Shown here one piece after another: positions 1-10,717 of a DNA stretch of 64,000 bases. The notes under the pieces were generated by a model. The model was not told where the DNA came from, did no database searches, and saw only the letters and a program-made list of their open reading frames with translations. Position 1 is the first letter of the stretch. Each line of letters opens with the position of its first letter. The position numbers and the translations under genes are program-made. The stretch covers positions 120,239 through 184,238 of the forward strand of contig DATJAP010000001.1 of assembly GCA_035516155.1 (NCBI GenBank), given 5' to 3'. This DNA comes from Nitrospirota bacterium. GTDB lineage: Bacteria; Nitrospirota; UBA9217.

Positions 1-682
1 GAGGTTCTGCAGATCGTTTACCTGAACGCGAACCCGCTGAAATCAAGGCGACTTACGGTGAATCCGGCGGTAGAGTATGAATATGAGGGGAAAGCTGCCA
101 AAGCACTCTTCCAGACCTCAGCGAGCGTGGAGTGTTTATCCTTAACCTAGTTCCACCGTCTGATGGCGCCATGATCAGAGACCGTTTCTGTATCCCCGGT
201 AGGCATCTCATGGCCGTCGCCACGGGCCGCGTTATAAACAGCATCAACTGCAGTCCGGACCAGCAAGCCATTGCTCATCTGTCTTGATGTGACATAACAA
301 TGATCTCGCTGCCTGGTGTGGGAATTGTGTCTGAACAGATATCAGAAAAAAACCGGGAGGCCATCAAGAGTTTCATTAGAAACGCATCTAGGACGCGTGC
401 ATGCGCCTCACTCAAAGCACCCGACCGGTAGATCCCTGTATCATCACCGTGCGGCGTCCAACCAAGTTAATTCCTAACTCAGAACCCTCTTCCCTCTGGC
501 ATGCCGCGGTAATAGAGAGCAGAAAAGACCAACTCGAAGTTTACCCATAAACCGAAACTGGCATAAGTATGTTTTAAAAAGAATATATCTACGTGATCTT
601 ACTGTTGATGCAACAAAGAGCAACTTAATGCATCTTTAGGCACACGAGAGGGCGCGATCGGGCGCAATTTACGATGTCGTGT

Positions 683-710
683 TTGACAAAAAAAGGTATG
701 GTATTATACT
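683..710 (+). promoter_or_regulatory. sigma70-type promoter candidate (TTGACA-16 nt-TATACT)
   Basis: TTGACA sits at 683-688 and TATACT at 705-710. This is about 75 nt upstream of the ATG at 787, which is preceded by GGAAAGGAGGG. Confidence 0.4.
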
Positions 711-786
711 TGAATTATATATTTTATCTTTGTGAAAGAATAATAAATGAAGAAAGCCGTTATTTTTCTGGAAAGGAGGGATTGTC

Positions 787-1008
787 ATGTTGATCCATGT
801 CATCTTCGAAAACCAATGTCATGGTTATATAGAGGCTTCCCGCTTTGATGAGTTCATCGCGACTTATCCGATTGCGTCCTTTCTACGTCGTGGCAAATGG
901 ATACGTGTTGGATTTGACCCTATGCGGTCGCTGGTAGCAGACTCTCCCCCAAAACCAATGGGTTTAGAGCGAAGACAATCATACAAGATGTTAAAAAAAG
1001 CGGCATAA
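787..1008 (+). CDS. small conserved protein, GSU3473-like (73 aa)
   Basis: It has a strong SD and its own promoter. The pattern MLIxVxF...F(L/R)RxxxW(I/V)xVGxDPxR...ERR matches my recollection of the deltaproteobacterial GSU3473 small-protein family. This has not been verified by an HMM. Confidence 0.55.
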   Translation: MLIHVIFENQCHGYIEASRFDEFIATYPIASFLRRGKWIRVGFDPMRSLVADSPPKPMGLERRQSYKMLKKAA

Positions 1009-1779
1009 TGCAATTGTCGCATTCGCACACATCCGTGCTTCCGGTTTCCCGATGAGTTTCCGCGTCGTACGGTAAGACCAGAAGCCACCATCCATCGACA
1101 ACAAGTTTTCCATGCCGGTTTTCTCTTCCTCCCCTTAGGGGAGAACTTCACCATCGAAGTTATCTCTAAACAACTTCCCTTGGGTCGAGCGCCACAAGGG
1201 GGCTCAATATCTCCCCTCTCCTTGCTGGACCAGCGAGTTCGAACACCAGATTCAATAAACCGAGCAGATGCTGTTCAATTCTTGACCCATAATCGACGAT
1301 GGTGACGACTCGATTCATGCGTTTTCATTTGACGAGAAAACCCATTTTAGAGTTGATGGTTCTATAATTATAATGGACACACAAATTTGAACGTCTGCTC
1401 AGAACTGATAAACGAGGTCCATCGATAGAGGGGAACAAGGATGATGAAAGAATGATGCTCGCGAGAGTGCATGTGACATGAAATCAGGTATAATTTAAAA
1501 CGACTCGTGATAAACGCACATTTGACATCTCAAAAATAGCAAAAGATGCGTTTTTGAACATGATATCGATTGCAAGAAACACGAATTTTGACAGCGCAGT
1601 TGATCTCAAAATCGCTGAGGGGGAACAGGCGTCTGAAACCAGCAATCACTAACACAGCATATCAACGTATAGCGCGATGTGTGGATATATTCCTCACATG
1701 CTACCTGTGATTAGTGAACGGGACGCCAGATTTCAGCTCATTCATCCAAAGTCATTTATGATAGAAGAAGACAACCGCC

Positions 1780-2010
1780 ATGGATATAGATAGAGTCATA
1801 TCGGGCATTGTTTCATTAATCACCAGTGTTTGTCTTTTCAAGTATGGAAATGGTATTTTGCAATATATTACCGACCTCCAGAAACAACACCATCAAGAGG
1901 ACTTAAATCAAGACCAAATCTTGATCGTGAAAATATTCGTAGTTGTATTCCGTATCTCGGCGCTGGTTGGAGGCATCATCTTGCTCTATCAGGGCATGTC
2001 AAAAAAATAA
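1780..2010 (+). CDS. hypothetical small membrane protein (two predicted TM helices)
   Basis: The ORF encodes two hydrophobic stretches (ISGIVSLITSVCLF and VVVFRISALVGGIILLY). The SD is weak and I recognise no homology. Confidence 0.3.
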   Translation: MDIDRVISGIVSLITSVCLFKYGNGILQYITDLQKQHHQEDLNQDQILIVKIFVVVFRISALVGGIILLYQGMSKK

Positions 2011-2274
2011 CATCCAATAATCGCGATTATTTGTAAAAAAATGGCAACCCGCCTTTTCTAACTATGCACAAAGATATTTCCTACAAGCCGCTTCTTCAAT
2101 GACGACGGGAAATGCCATTACGTCATTTAGATTCTTTTACGAATAAATCCTTAAGGAACTTAGGTATTAGATAATAATGAGAGCATTAATTTAGAGGAGC
2201 TATAATAAAAGCATACAGAACTTTTAAAATATTTTTGAAAATGTCAGCCTGCTACTCTTGTCTAAAAGGGGGTG

Positions 2275-2466
2275 ATGGCCGTGGATGACCTGCTGATAAA
2301 AGTTAAATGTCCTAACTGTGGCTATCTGGTGCAACCCTTTGACGAAAAAGAAATCGCCGATATTATTGTGCAAATCGCCGAGATTATAGTGCATCAGGCA
2401 AAGAAATCGCAGAACGCGTATCTTATGGAAGAAGCTGTAAAAGAGATGTTGAAAGATGCCGCATAA
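2275..2466 (+). CDS. hypothetical small protein (63 aa) with a CPNCG motif
   Basis: AAAGGGGGTG precedes the ATG at 2275, a TATAAT lies about 70 nt upstream, and a hairpin (GACAGC...GCTGTC) follows the stop. The C-terminus is ...EMLKDAA. Confidence 0.45.
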   Translation: MAVDDLLIKVKCPNCGYLVQPFDEKEIADIIVQIAEIIVHQAKKSQNAYLMEEAVKEMLKDAA

Positions 2467-3252
2467 TTTTCAGACGACAGCCCGAGGGTGCTGTCTGAAG
2501 GAGCTTGGTGATTCCAAGCCATATTTTTTGATATCGATGGTTCCGCCCGCACTCTTTTGTGTACTCATCAGGACGCAGAAAGCCGTTTTTGCAAATACCA
2601 GCAAGCTGATTTTCTTCATATTCATTTCCCGCCCGTTGCTCAGATATTATAGGTCACCGAACCTAGAGGGACAGGTTTCTGCTGTTAGCATCTTTTCCGT
2701 TCATAGCTGATCCTGCTTACGCTCGCATAGTGCAGTCTAGGAACCTGACCTCTTCAGAGCCCCTGGACTAGCCGTTCATGGTTACGGTTCGCAGCGAGTT
2801 ACGACCTCGAATATTCCCACAGCTACGGCACTTGCAATAAGCCCTTTTTGAATTGTGCTCTGACCTGCGTTCACAGAGTAGACGTTCATTTGCCTGGCGC
2901 GTTTCCCGTGGGTTATTTTACGCTTAATTAAGCTCTCGACAGCCTCCAAAATCGCTGCTCGAAGACGTGGCTCAAAGTCCACGCATATCGTGATCGATGG
3001 ATCAAGTGTAAATCAATTTTCTATGAAATTCGCATTATGCTTTAGTCATTTATCAAAATATCCTTCCTAAAGGGTACACCTCTGTGCCGGCAGGCCACGG
3101 AGTAAGTTTCATGCAATCATTGCCAGAGTTCACCATGCGATCCCGGTTTTCAGTTCAGCATGAAAGTTACAACATCCTAGAAAGTATGTAGACTCACATC
3201 AAAGCGCAACGCTGACGGTGGATTGACGGCAATTAAATAACAGGAGGTCAAC

Positions 3253-3816
3253 ATGAGAAGAGTAATAGTATTCAATTTCGTAACACTTAATGGCTATTTT
3301 GAAGGACCAAAGAGAGATATCAGCTGGCATGAGCATGACGCAGAAACAAGTGAATACGCTGTCGAGGGGCTCAATGCGGGCAACACGCTTCTCTTTGGAC
3401 GCGTAACTTATGAGCTCATGGCGAGTTACTGGCCGACACCGAATGCGATCAATAATAATCCGATCGTCGCTGAAGGAATGAATAATGCGGAAAAAATTGT
3501 CTTTTCAAGGACACTGGAAAAGGCCGAGTGGAAGAATACCAGGCTGGTGAAGGACAATATTGAGGAAGAAATAAAAAAAATGAAGCAACAGTCAGGGAAG
3601 AATATGACATTGCTGGGCAGCGGCAGCATTGTCACCCAGTTTGCGCAACAGGGTTTGATCGATGAATATCAGATTATGGTGGATCCGGTTGCCCTGGGCG
3701 ATGGCACGCCGATATTCAAAGGTATCAAGCACAGGCTGGACCTGAAACTTACAACGACAAGAACATTTAGGAATGGGAGTGTTCTACTTTGTTACCAGCC
3801 TGTTGAAAAGGCGTAA
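3253..3816 (+). CDS. dihydrofolate reductase family protein (RibD C-terminal domain type)
   Basis: AGGAGG SD. The N-terminus MRRVIVFNFVTLNGYFEG and the motifs LLFGRVTYELMASYWP and MTLLGSGSI are typical of RibD_C/YwjB-like reductases. Confidence 0.85.
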   Translation: MRRVIVFNFVTLNGYFEGPKRDISWHEHDAETSEYAVEGLNAGNTLLFGRVTYELMASYWPTPNAINNNPIVAEGMNNAEKIVFSRTLEKAEWKNTRLVKDNIEEEIKKMKQQSGKNMTLLGSGSIVTQFAQQGLIDEYQIMVDPVALGDGTPIFKGIKHRLDLKLTTTRTFRNGSVLLCYQPVEKA

Positions 3817-4265
3817 GCTCGTAATCAACCGCATGTTCAACGTGCCGAGCATGCAGTCGTCCAAGATATGGACTGTCCCAAACCTTGCGGCCCGGTGCTG
3901 GGGTCCCAGTAGTGTCTACGGGATGCAGCCAAGCATCATGCTGAAAATCTACCGTATCGAGTACGATGTACAGTCTGCAAATTACAAAAGAGGCAACTTA
4001 CACGGTTTCTTCACCTTGCATTTGTCCCCTCCCTCTGCCCCGCGAATGCGGTTGAGACCGAAGGTAAGAATGATCCGCATGCCTGGCTTGTCGCTAGACG
4101 AAGGGTGTTTCCGAAACATATCGGCGCACACCTGAAGGGTTGGCAGGCGTCTTTGGAAAAAGCCTCCCAAAGAGGTTCGGTAACGAGCAATGCCGTCTGA
4201 AGGGAGTATTTGTGGAAGTTTCAGTTTAATCGATTACCCCAAAAAAAGAGGGCAATATAGCAGTT

Positions 4266-4781
4266 TCATTTCGTGGAATTTCCCGCTATCTGCTTATAAA
4301 TTGAGTGATATATTAAAAATTCCCTTCTGTACTTAGTACTTATATTTTTTCTAAAAAATTCTTTTTCACCTGAATTATACATCGACGCTATATCTTCAAG
4401 AGAAGCATTTTTGTGCTTATCGAGAAGATACTTGATGAATAAAATCGAAGCTTTTATATTTTTTTCAGGGTCATACAAATCTTTTTTAGTCTTTATTTCA
4501 GGATTAAAAAACTTTCCTGTGATTAATGTCAATTGCATAACACCGTGACTTTCTCTGCTAATCTTCTTCATGTGTATCTTTTTTACATTCTTATTAAATG
4601 CGTTGGTTCTAAATCCACTTTCCAGTGTTGCAATTGTTAAAGGAATAGAAGGGTCAATATCATACATTTGAGAATATTTCATTATAAGATTAATATTAAA
4701 ATTTTTATTTGCAATAGCATTTGGGCAAAGAATAACCAGAAAGATAATAGATATTATCAGAATGTAATTTATTTTTTTCAT
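4266..4781 (-). CDS. lytic transglycosylase (SLT domain), secreted
   Basis: Signal peptide. SLT motifs are present: catalytic E-S (TLESGF), GVMQL and MYNSG. The gene lies in a markedly AT-rich patch. Confidence 0.75.
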   Translation of the reverse strand: MKKINYILIISIIFLVILCPNAIANKNFNINLIMKYSQMYDIDPSIPLTIATLESGFRTNAFNKNVKKIHMKKISRESHGVMQLTLITGKFFNPEIKTKKDLYDPEKNIKASILFIKYLLDKHKNASLEDIASMYNSGEKEFFRKNISTKYRREFLIYHSIYKQIAGNSTK

Positions 4782-5616
4782 CTAATTCCACCTCTCGCTT
4801 TAAATTCAAGTTCAAGGTATTCAATTAGATACTTGGCATAATCGATTAAATGATCATTGCCATCAAATTCAAACACCTCACGATTTTCTTTTGATGATTT
4901 AAATAGCCTTCTTTATGTTTCGCAAAATTCTCCTTCTGTATAAACACATTCTTCACTAATAGTAAAAATTGCACGTTTTACTTAAGAATGATCAGTGAAC
5001 TTTTCGTAATGTTACAAAAAGTAATCTTGAACAAGGCCATAGCAAGAATATTGATTATTGGTATTGCAGCGCCTTTAGCCAAGCAGGCCTATTACTGGAT
5101 CCTACTTTTAAGAAGTTATGCAATAAGTACTCCATCTTTTCATGTCCCAAATAAATTTCAAATTACAAAAAGATATGAGAGAAATATTCCTTCATAAACA
5201 GATCGTTAAATATCGTTCATTACCAAAAAAAATTGTTTTTTAACATTGTGGCCGATAGGTGTTCCGCAACTAAAATTATGTTTCCTAAAAAATATGGAGG
5301 GGAAATAACCATACATGTGGGTATTTCACCGTTTATAAATTTAACCCATCAAAACATCCCTTTTTATAGGGAATTGACGCCTGGACTGTTTGTCGGCTGA
5401 ATAACGGGTTTCCCCAGTTTTATTAAGACAAGCTGGGGGGAAATCAGGAGTGTTGAATGCAACTATTGCGGGACAATCTGAAAAAGTGGTTAGTCTGAAG
5501 GAAGCTTTTTATCCCGCGGCAGAGCATCAAGACCGCTCGTTCCTGAAACCAATCTGATTTTTCTAGAGTTCTCATGTATCTGTTATACTTTACTTGAGCC
5601 CTTCCCTTGGACGTCT

Positions 5617-6678
5617 ATGAAGAAATTATCTTTTTTCCCGGTCGCCATTGTACTTTTGTTTTGTCTTTCAACAGAGGCCTTGGAGTGGCGGGACGTTGCT
5701 CCCGGCGATGCCGTAACGTTGCCGAAGGACCTTTACGTTCAGAACGGATACCGCACCCAATGGTGGTATTTCACGGGCCACCTGTACGACGCACAGGGGA
5801 GAGAATTCGGGTATGAACTCACATTCTTTATCATAGGCGTTCAGGGGGGAAAATATGAGTCGAAGTTCGGCGTAGACTCAATCTATCTCTCTCACTTCGC
5901 GATCTCCGATATCGAGGGAAAGGCATTTTACCATTTCAGCGATGCTGATTCCGGGGCATACGGTTTTGCAGGCGCGGACACTTCAAGGCTGCATGTATGG
6001 GTAGACAGGGACGAATTGGAAGGAAATTTGAAAAAGATGCACATTACGGCTCACGCAAACGAGACGGACCTCGACCTCGTCCTCTTGCCGAGAAAACCCG
6101 TTGTTTTAAACGGCGATAGAGGATATTCACGGAAATCCGAGGAATCGCCGCTCATCGCGTCGCTCTACTTTTCCTGCACGGACCTGGAAACAACAGGGAC
6201 CGTGAAACTGGGTACTGCTCTTTTCCCGGTGACAGGCAAGAGCTGGTTTGACCGGGAGATTTCGTCGCAAGGGCTGGCGAAGAGCGCGGCTGGATGGGAC
6301 TGGTTTGCGCTGCAGCTTGATGACGGCCAGGAGATCATGCTGTACGTCATAAGAAAAAAAGACGGGTCATTTGACCGATACTCCTCCGGAACACTCGTAG
6401 ATACTGAGGGCAACTTCTGGCACCTTGCGAAGAGTGATTACCGGATTAAGGTTATCAGCTCGTATTCTTCGAAAAAGACCAATATCCGCTATCCTTCGAA
6501 GTGGGAAATTACGATCCCACGGGAAAAACTGCGGCTCGTTGTCACCCCCTTGATAGAAAACCAGGAATTCAGGGGAGGACTGACGGAAGGGAGTTCATAC
6601 TGGGAAGGTACGTGCAGGGTCGAAGGCAACGCGCAAGGACGGGCCTACGTGGAAATGACAGGGTATGAAAAGAATTGA
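5617..6678 (+). CDS. AttH/CrtC-like lipocalin-fold secreted protein
   Basis: Signal peptide. The WWYFTGHL...GYELTFF motif is typical of the AttH/hydroxyneurosporene-synthase-like domain. It sits next to an ABC ATPase and an FtsX permease, as in att-type clusters. Confidence 0.75.
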   Translation: MKKLSFFPVAIVLLFCLSTEALEWRDVAPGDAVTLPKDLYVQNGYRTQWWYFTGHLYDAQGREFGYELTFFIIGVQGGKYESKFGVDSIYLSHFAISDIEGKAFYHFSDADSGAYGFAGADTSRLHVWVDRDELEGNLKKMHITAHANETDLDLVLLPRKPVVLNGDRGYSRKSEESPLIASLYFSCTDLETTGTVKLGTALFPVTGKSWFDREISSQGLAKSAAGWDWFALQLDDGQEIMLYVIRKKDGSFDRYSSGTLVDTEGNFWHLAKSDYRIKVISSYSSKKTNIRYPSKWEITIPREKLRLVVTPLIENQEFRGGLTEGSSYWEGTCRVEGNAQGRAYVEMTGYEKN

Positions 6679-6912
6679 ACAGGACGCAGAGACACGGAGG
6701 CACAGAAAAAAGCCAGAACCTTCGAGACTGACTGACCATGAATGGTTATGACAAAGCAGAATAAATCATAAATATTCAACGAGCAGCTGTGTCAAAAAAT
6801 CTGTATTTTGTTTTTCTCTCCCTGCCACTTCCTGCACTCGCGTTTTGGCAACGGCAGGGCGTTTCCCTGTGGTGGCTTTCTTTACGAGACTGTCAATGCT
6901 TGATGAGGGTAT

Positions 6913-7560
6913 ATGATTGAACTTGAAAATGTCAAAAAATATTACGGTGCCAGGGCCGTCTTCCGCGGAATTAACCTTGTCGTGGGCAGCGGGGAGTTCG
7001 TTGCAGTCATGGGCAGTTCAGGCTCAGGGAAGTCCACCCTCCTGAACCTTATCGGAGGCATGGATGTTCCGGACCAGGGCAGGATCGTCGTAGACAGGGA
7101 CATCGTCTCATCGTACACCGAAGAAGAGCTCACGGCCTACCGGAGACAAAAGATCGGTTTCATATTCCAGTTCTTCAACCTCCTGCCGAACTTAACAGTC
7201 TCTGAAAATATCGAGATGCCACTTCTCCTGAACAACGGCAAGCGTCAGGAAGGCAGGGTAATGGAATATATGCGAATGGTCGGTCTCGAAGGAAGAGAGA
7301 ACGACTATCCCTCTGCCCTCTCGGGAGGGGAGCAGCAGCGGGTAGCCATTGCTCGGGCGCTCATTCACGAGCCCGGGATCATTCTTGCCGACGAGCCCAC
7401 GGGCAATCTGGACAGCACGACCGGCAAATCAATCGTGCAGTTGATACAAGAGGCGGCCGCGCGAGACAGGAAGACTGTTGTTCTGGTAACTCATAACCAG
7501 GCCGTAGCGGAATCTGCCGCCAGAATCATCAGGATACGGGACGGAACGCTGTTGCCATGA
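6913..7560 (+). CDS. ABC transporter ATP-binding protein (LolD/MacB-type)
   Basis: Walker A GSSGSGKST, signature LSGGEQQRVAIARAL and Walker B IILADEPTGNLD are all present. Confidence 0.95.
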   Translation: MIELENVKKYYGARAVFRGINLVVGSGEFVAVMGSSGSGKSTLLNLIGGMDVPDQGRIVVDRDIVSSYTEEELTAYRRQKIGFIFQFFNLLPNLTVSENIEMPLLLNNGKRQEGRVMEYMRMVGLEGRENDYPSALSGGEQQRVAIARALIHEPGIILADEPTGNLDSTTGKSIVQLIQEAAARDRKTVVLVTHNQAVAESAARIIRIRDGTLLP

Positions 7561-10082
7561 GATTTGCGGCACTCTTAAAACGAATCGTACTCAGGAGCGT
7601 GAGAGAAGAACGGTTCCTCACTGCGCTGTCCGTGGTCGGCATAGCACTCGGCATCGGCCTGTTCATGGGGGTGAATGTTGCGACGCAGAAGGCGTTAGGG
7701 TCATTTGAAACGAACATCAGGGGAATCAATCCAACGTTCAACTACGAGGTCGTGGACTCTTCGGGGATTGATTTCCCCGAGGCGGTGTACAAGTCCGTCA
7801 AGACAATTGAGAGCAACTGCCTGCCGATCTTAACCGTGAACGCCTCTCTCCCTGCCCGGAATGAAACAATCGATATTCAGGGGATCTACACAATAAAGGC
7901 CCTCGCACTGACCGGCTTGTCCGGAGAACAAAAAGTCGATATCGAGAATTTTTTCAAAAGCCGAAACGGTCTGCTCATAACGAGGAAATTCGCCCAAGTA
8001 CACAATCTTAAAAAAGGAGACGCCTTCAGCGCCTACGTTTACAATAAGCAATACCGCCTAATGGTCGTGGACACGATCAACGACCCTTTAGTCCCGGAGA
8101 ACAGCGTCTTTATGGACCTCGGGAACTTCCAGGAGTATTTTCATAAAACCGGGCTTCTTACCAGAATTGATTTGAGTACGGATGAGAAAAAGGCAGCGGA
8201 GATCACACGGGTCGTTCCCCCATGGCTTACTATTGAGAAGAAAGAGCAGGTTGTCCAGGACCAGAAGGCGCTCGTTGACGGCTTTCGGTTGAATTTGCGG
8301 TTTGTCACGTTTCTTGCCGTGCTCGTCGGAGTCTTTCTCCTGTATAATACGATCTTTATTTCCGTGGTCAAACGAAGGACGGAGATCGGCATTCTGCGTG
8401 GGCTCGGCATGGACAGAAAGACCGTTGTTGCCCTTTTCTCAATCCAGGGCATGGTGCTCGGCTTCGCCGGCTCCATGCTCGGCATCGCCTTCGGACAGCT
8501 CTTCGCATGGTTTTCCATCCTGGCTGTTGAGAAGACAATCACCCGCTTCTATCAAAGCGTCGTAATCTCTGATTTTTTCATAACGGGAAAAGATGTGCTC
8601 TGGGCTCTGCTCCTGGGCATGAGCGTATCCTTTCTCGCCTCAATCGTCCCTGCATTAGAATCAGCCAACGTGAGGCCGAACGAAAGCTCACGGGAAGGGA
8701 CGTTCGAACGAACGTATAAACGGAGGCAGAAGCTTCTTTCAGTCATCGGCGCCATCGCAATCCTGTGCGGGGCCGCTGTAATCTATGCTGATTACCGATT
8801 CGTACCGTTTGCTTTTCCGTGGTTGTCCTATGCCGGGATAGTCCTGTTTATAATGGGCTGCACGCTGAACGCGCCGGCCTATCTGGGAGCAAGTCTGGAA
8901 GCATTTCGAAGGCCGGCCTACCGTATGTTCAAGGCGAGCGCACGCCTGGCAATTGGAGACACAAAAGGAAGCCGTTACCGGTTCTCGCTCGCGCTCATGA
9001 GCGTTGCTGTGAGCTCCGCCCTGATCGTTGCGATCGTTACGTCGGTTCATTCGCTGAAAACCTCTTTTATCGACTGGATCGATACTTATATTATTGCCGA
9101 TGTCTACGTAAAACCCGCTTCCTGCGCGTCGAATTTCTGCTTTTCACCCCTTGCCGATAAAATCGTAAAGACCGTAGAAACCATTCCGGGCGTGGAACAT
9201 GTCGGCAGATATCGCGCACTCCAGCTTGATTTACTCGGTCAAAAGGTCGTTGCAGGGTTCGGGAATTCGGAACTCCTGTGGAAGTACCGGCCACGGATCA
9301 GCCCGGAAGAAAAAGGGCGGATACAGAGGCTTGCGCGATACCGGGAGATATCAATTTCCGATTACCTGAAGGTTAAATACGGTTTGAAGCAAGGGGACGT
9401 TATACATCTCCAGACGCCCAAAGGTAAAATTGCCTTCACCATCAACAATGCTTCCATCAGTTATTCTACGATGTCCGGCTTCATCTATACAGATAGAAGA
9501 TGGCTCAAAGAATATTGGGGACTGGACGATGCAACGCAGCTCAGCGTGTACCTCGCGAAAGGACAGTCTGTCGCCAAATTTAAACAGCAACTCGATCATT
9601 CGCTCGGCAACACCTACGCGCTCGATGTAACCGACAACGATGAACTGAGGCAGGCCGTGCTTAGGATCTTTGACAAGAGCTTCGCGCTCACCTATTCCAT
9701 CGAGCTGATTGCTATCGTCATCTCCCTTATCGGCGTGGTGAATGCCCTTCTCATCCTCGTTTTCGAGAGAAAACGGGAGATTTCCGTCTTGCGGTACCTC
9801 GGCGCGACATGGCAACAGATCAGGCAGGTCATGGTCGTGTCAGCGGGCATCATAGGATTTGCAGGAATCGCGCTCGGCTTTCTCATGGGGGCCGTCATCA
9901 GCATCGTGATAACGCACGTGATAAATAGAATCTCATTCGGATGGGAAGTGAGCGTCCGGATGCCGCTTCCTACTGTTTTTCTGTTTATGACGCTGCTGCT
10001 TGTAACGACGCTCTCCGCCGGCCTTGTACCATCCTACTTTGCCAGAAAAATTGACCCGAAAGCCTTCATCAGTTATGAATGA
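7557..10082 (+). CDS. ABC transporter permease, FtsX/MacB-type (duplicated FtsX domains)
   Basis: ATGA overlap with the ATPase gene. The 841-aa product has two blocks of TM helices separated by large periplasmic regions, typical of FtsX-family permeases. Confidence 0.9.
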   Translation: MRFAALLKRIVLRSVREERFLTALSVVGIALGIGLFMGVNVATQKALGSFETNIRGINPTFNYEVVDSSGIDFPEAVYKSVKTIESNCLPILTVNASLPARNETIDIQGIYTIKALALTGLSGEQKVDIENFFKSRNGLLITRKFAQVHNLKKGDAFSAYVYNKQYRLMVVDTINDPLVPENSVFMDLGNFQEYFHKTGLLTRIDLSTDEKKAAEITRVVPPWLTIEKKEQVVQDQKALVDGFRLNLRFVTFLAVLVGVFLLYNTIFISVVKRRTEIGILRGLGMDRKTVVALFSIQGMVLGFAGSMLGIAFGQLFAWFSILAVEKTITRFYQSVVISDFFITGKDVLWALLLGMSVSFLASIVPALESANVRPNESSREGTFERTYKRRQKLLSVIGAIAILCGAAVIYADYRFVPFAFPWLSYAGIVLFIMGCTLNAPAYLGASLEAFRRPAYRMFKASARLAIGDTKGSRYRFSLALMSVAVSSALIVAIVTSVHSLKTSFIDWIDTYIIADVYVKPASCASNFCFSPLADKIVKTVETIPGVEHVGRYRALQLDLLGQKVVAGFGNSELLWKYRPRISPEEKGRIQRLARYREISISDYLKVKYGLKQGDVIHLQTPKGKIAFTINNASISYSTMSGFIYTDRRWLKEYWGLDDATQLSVYLAKGQSVAKFKQQLDHSLGNTYALDVTDNDELRQAVLRIFDKSFALTYSIELIAIVISLIGVVNALLILVFERKREISVLRYLGATWQQIRQVMVVSAGIIGFAGIALGFLMGAVISIVITHVINRISFGWEVSVRMPLPTVFLFMTLLLVTTLSAGLVPSYFARKIDPKAFISYE

Positions 10083-10717
10083 CCTCATAATGCATATTTT
10101 CTTCAGTTTCCCTTGTGGCTGTCATCCTCAGGGGATTATGAATGAGCATCGACCTGTCAAAAACGGAACTCACAAAATATCGATGCTTCTGCCCAGGCCG
10201 TCACCCCCCCCTCACCAGAGGCAACAATACGAGAATGTCTTTCGAGCGCAGGAAACCGTGGCACCCGCCATAGCGAGGAGCGTTCAAAAATATTTCAAGC
10301 TACCCCCTCCCGGCAGAACTGCCTCTCCCTTACCTCCAAGGAATAGGGGAGGAGTCTGGAAATACTGGAGCAAGTTAAAGGCCCTGGGAAGTTGTGGTAA
10401 TCATCATGACCTCTATCTACGACGGTCCTTGCAGGACTTCCCAGGTTTAGCTGAATTGCAAAAGAAGTCACCATACACTCGACAGGCCAATTCTCCGGAC
10501 CACCTTCCAGGAACAAAACTGGCAAGGCGCCGGGTGTAATCCCCATTACCAAACAACGGGGCGTGGGCAAATCAGGTCGCGAATCCCTGCCGCTGCAGCA
10601 TTGTTCGGCTGCACATATAGCTGAGAGCAATAAAATGCTCTGTTGTCATGCGCGGTGTCCAATTATCTCCCTGCATCATGCGCCCCCAAGAGAGCGATGC
10701 TTGGGCGTGATGATTGA

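Noticed and set aside
53-271. 72-aa minus-strand ORF at the window start, and short plus-strand ORFs with an LPGVG motif
   Set aside because: No SD and no recognisable family. The translations are low-complexity, so any link to IS110 (the SIPGIG motif) is too weak to claim.
6846-6860. Sigma54-like TGGCAA-N5-GGGC upstream of the ABC ATPase gene
   Set aside because: The -12 element lacks the TTGC core (GGGC instead). It also lies inside a hairpin (CCCTGCC...GGCAGGG) and no enhancer-binding protein is nearby.
10573-10589. tRNA/tmRNA-like T-arm (CAGG-TCGCGAATC-CCTG) followed by GCCGCTGCAGCA
   Set aside because: The loop is 9 nt rather than 7. There is no matching 5' acceptor strand, no D or anticodon arms, and no CCA context.
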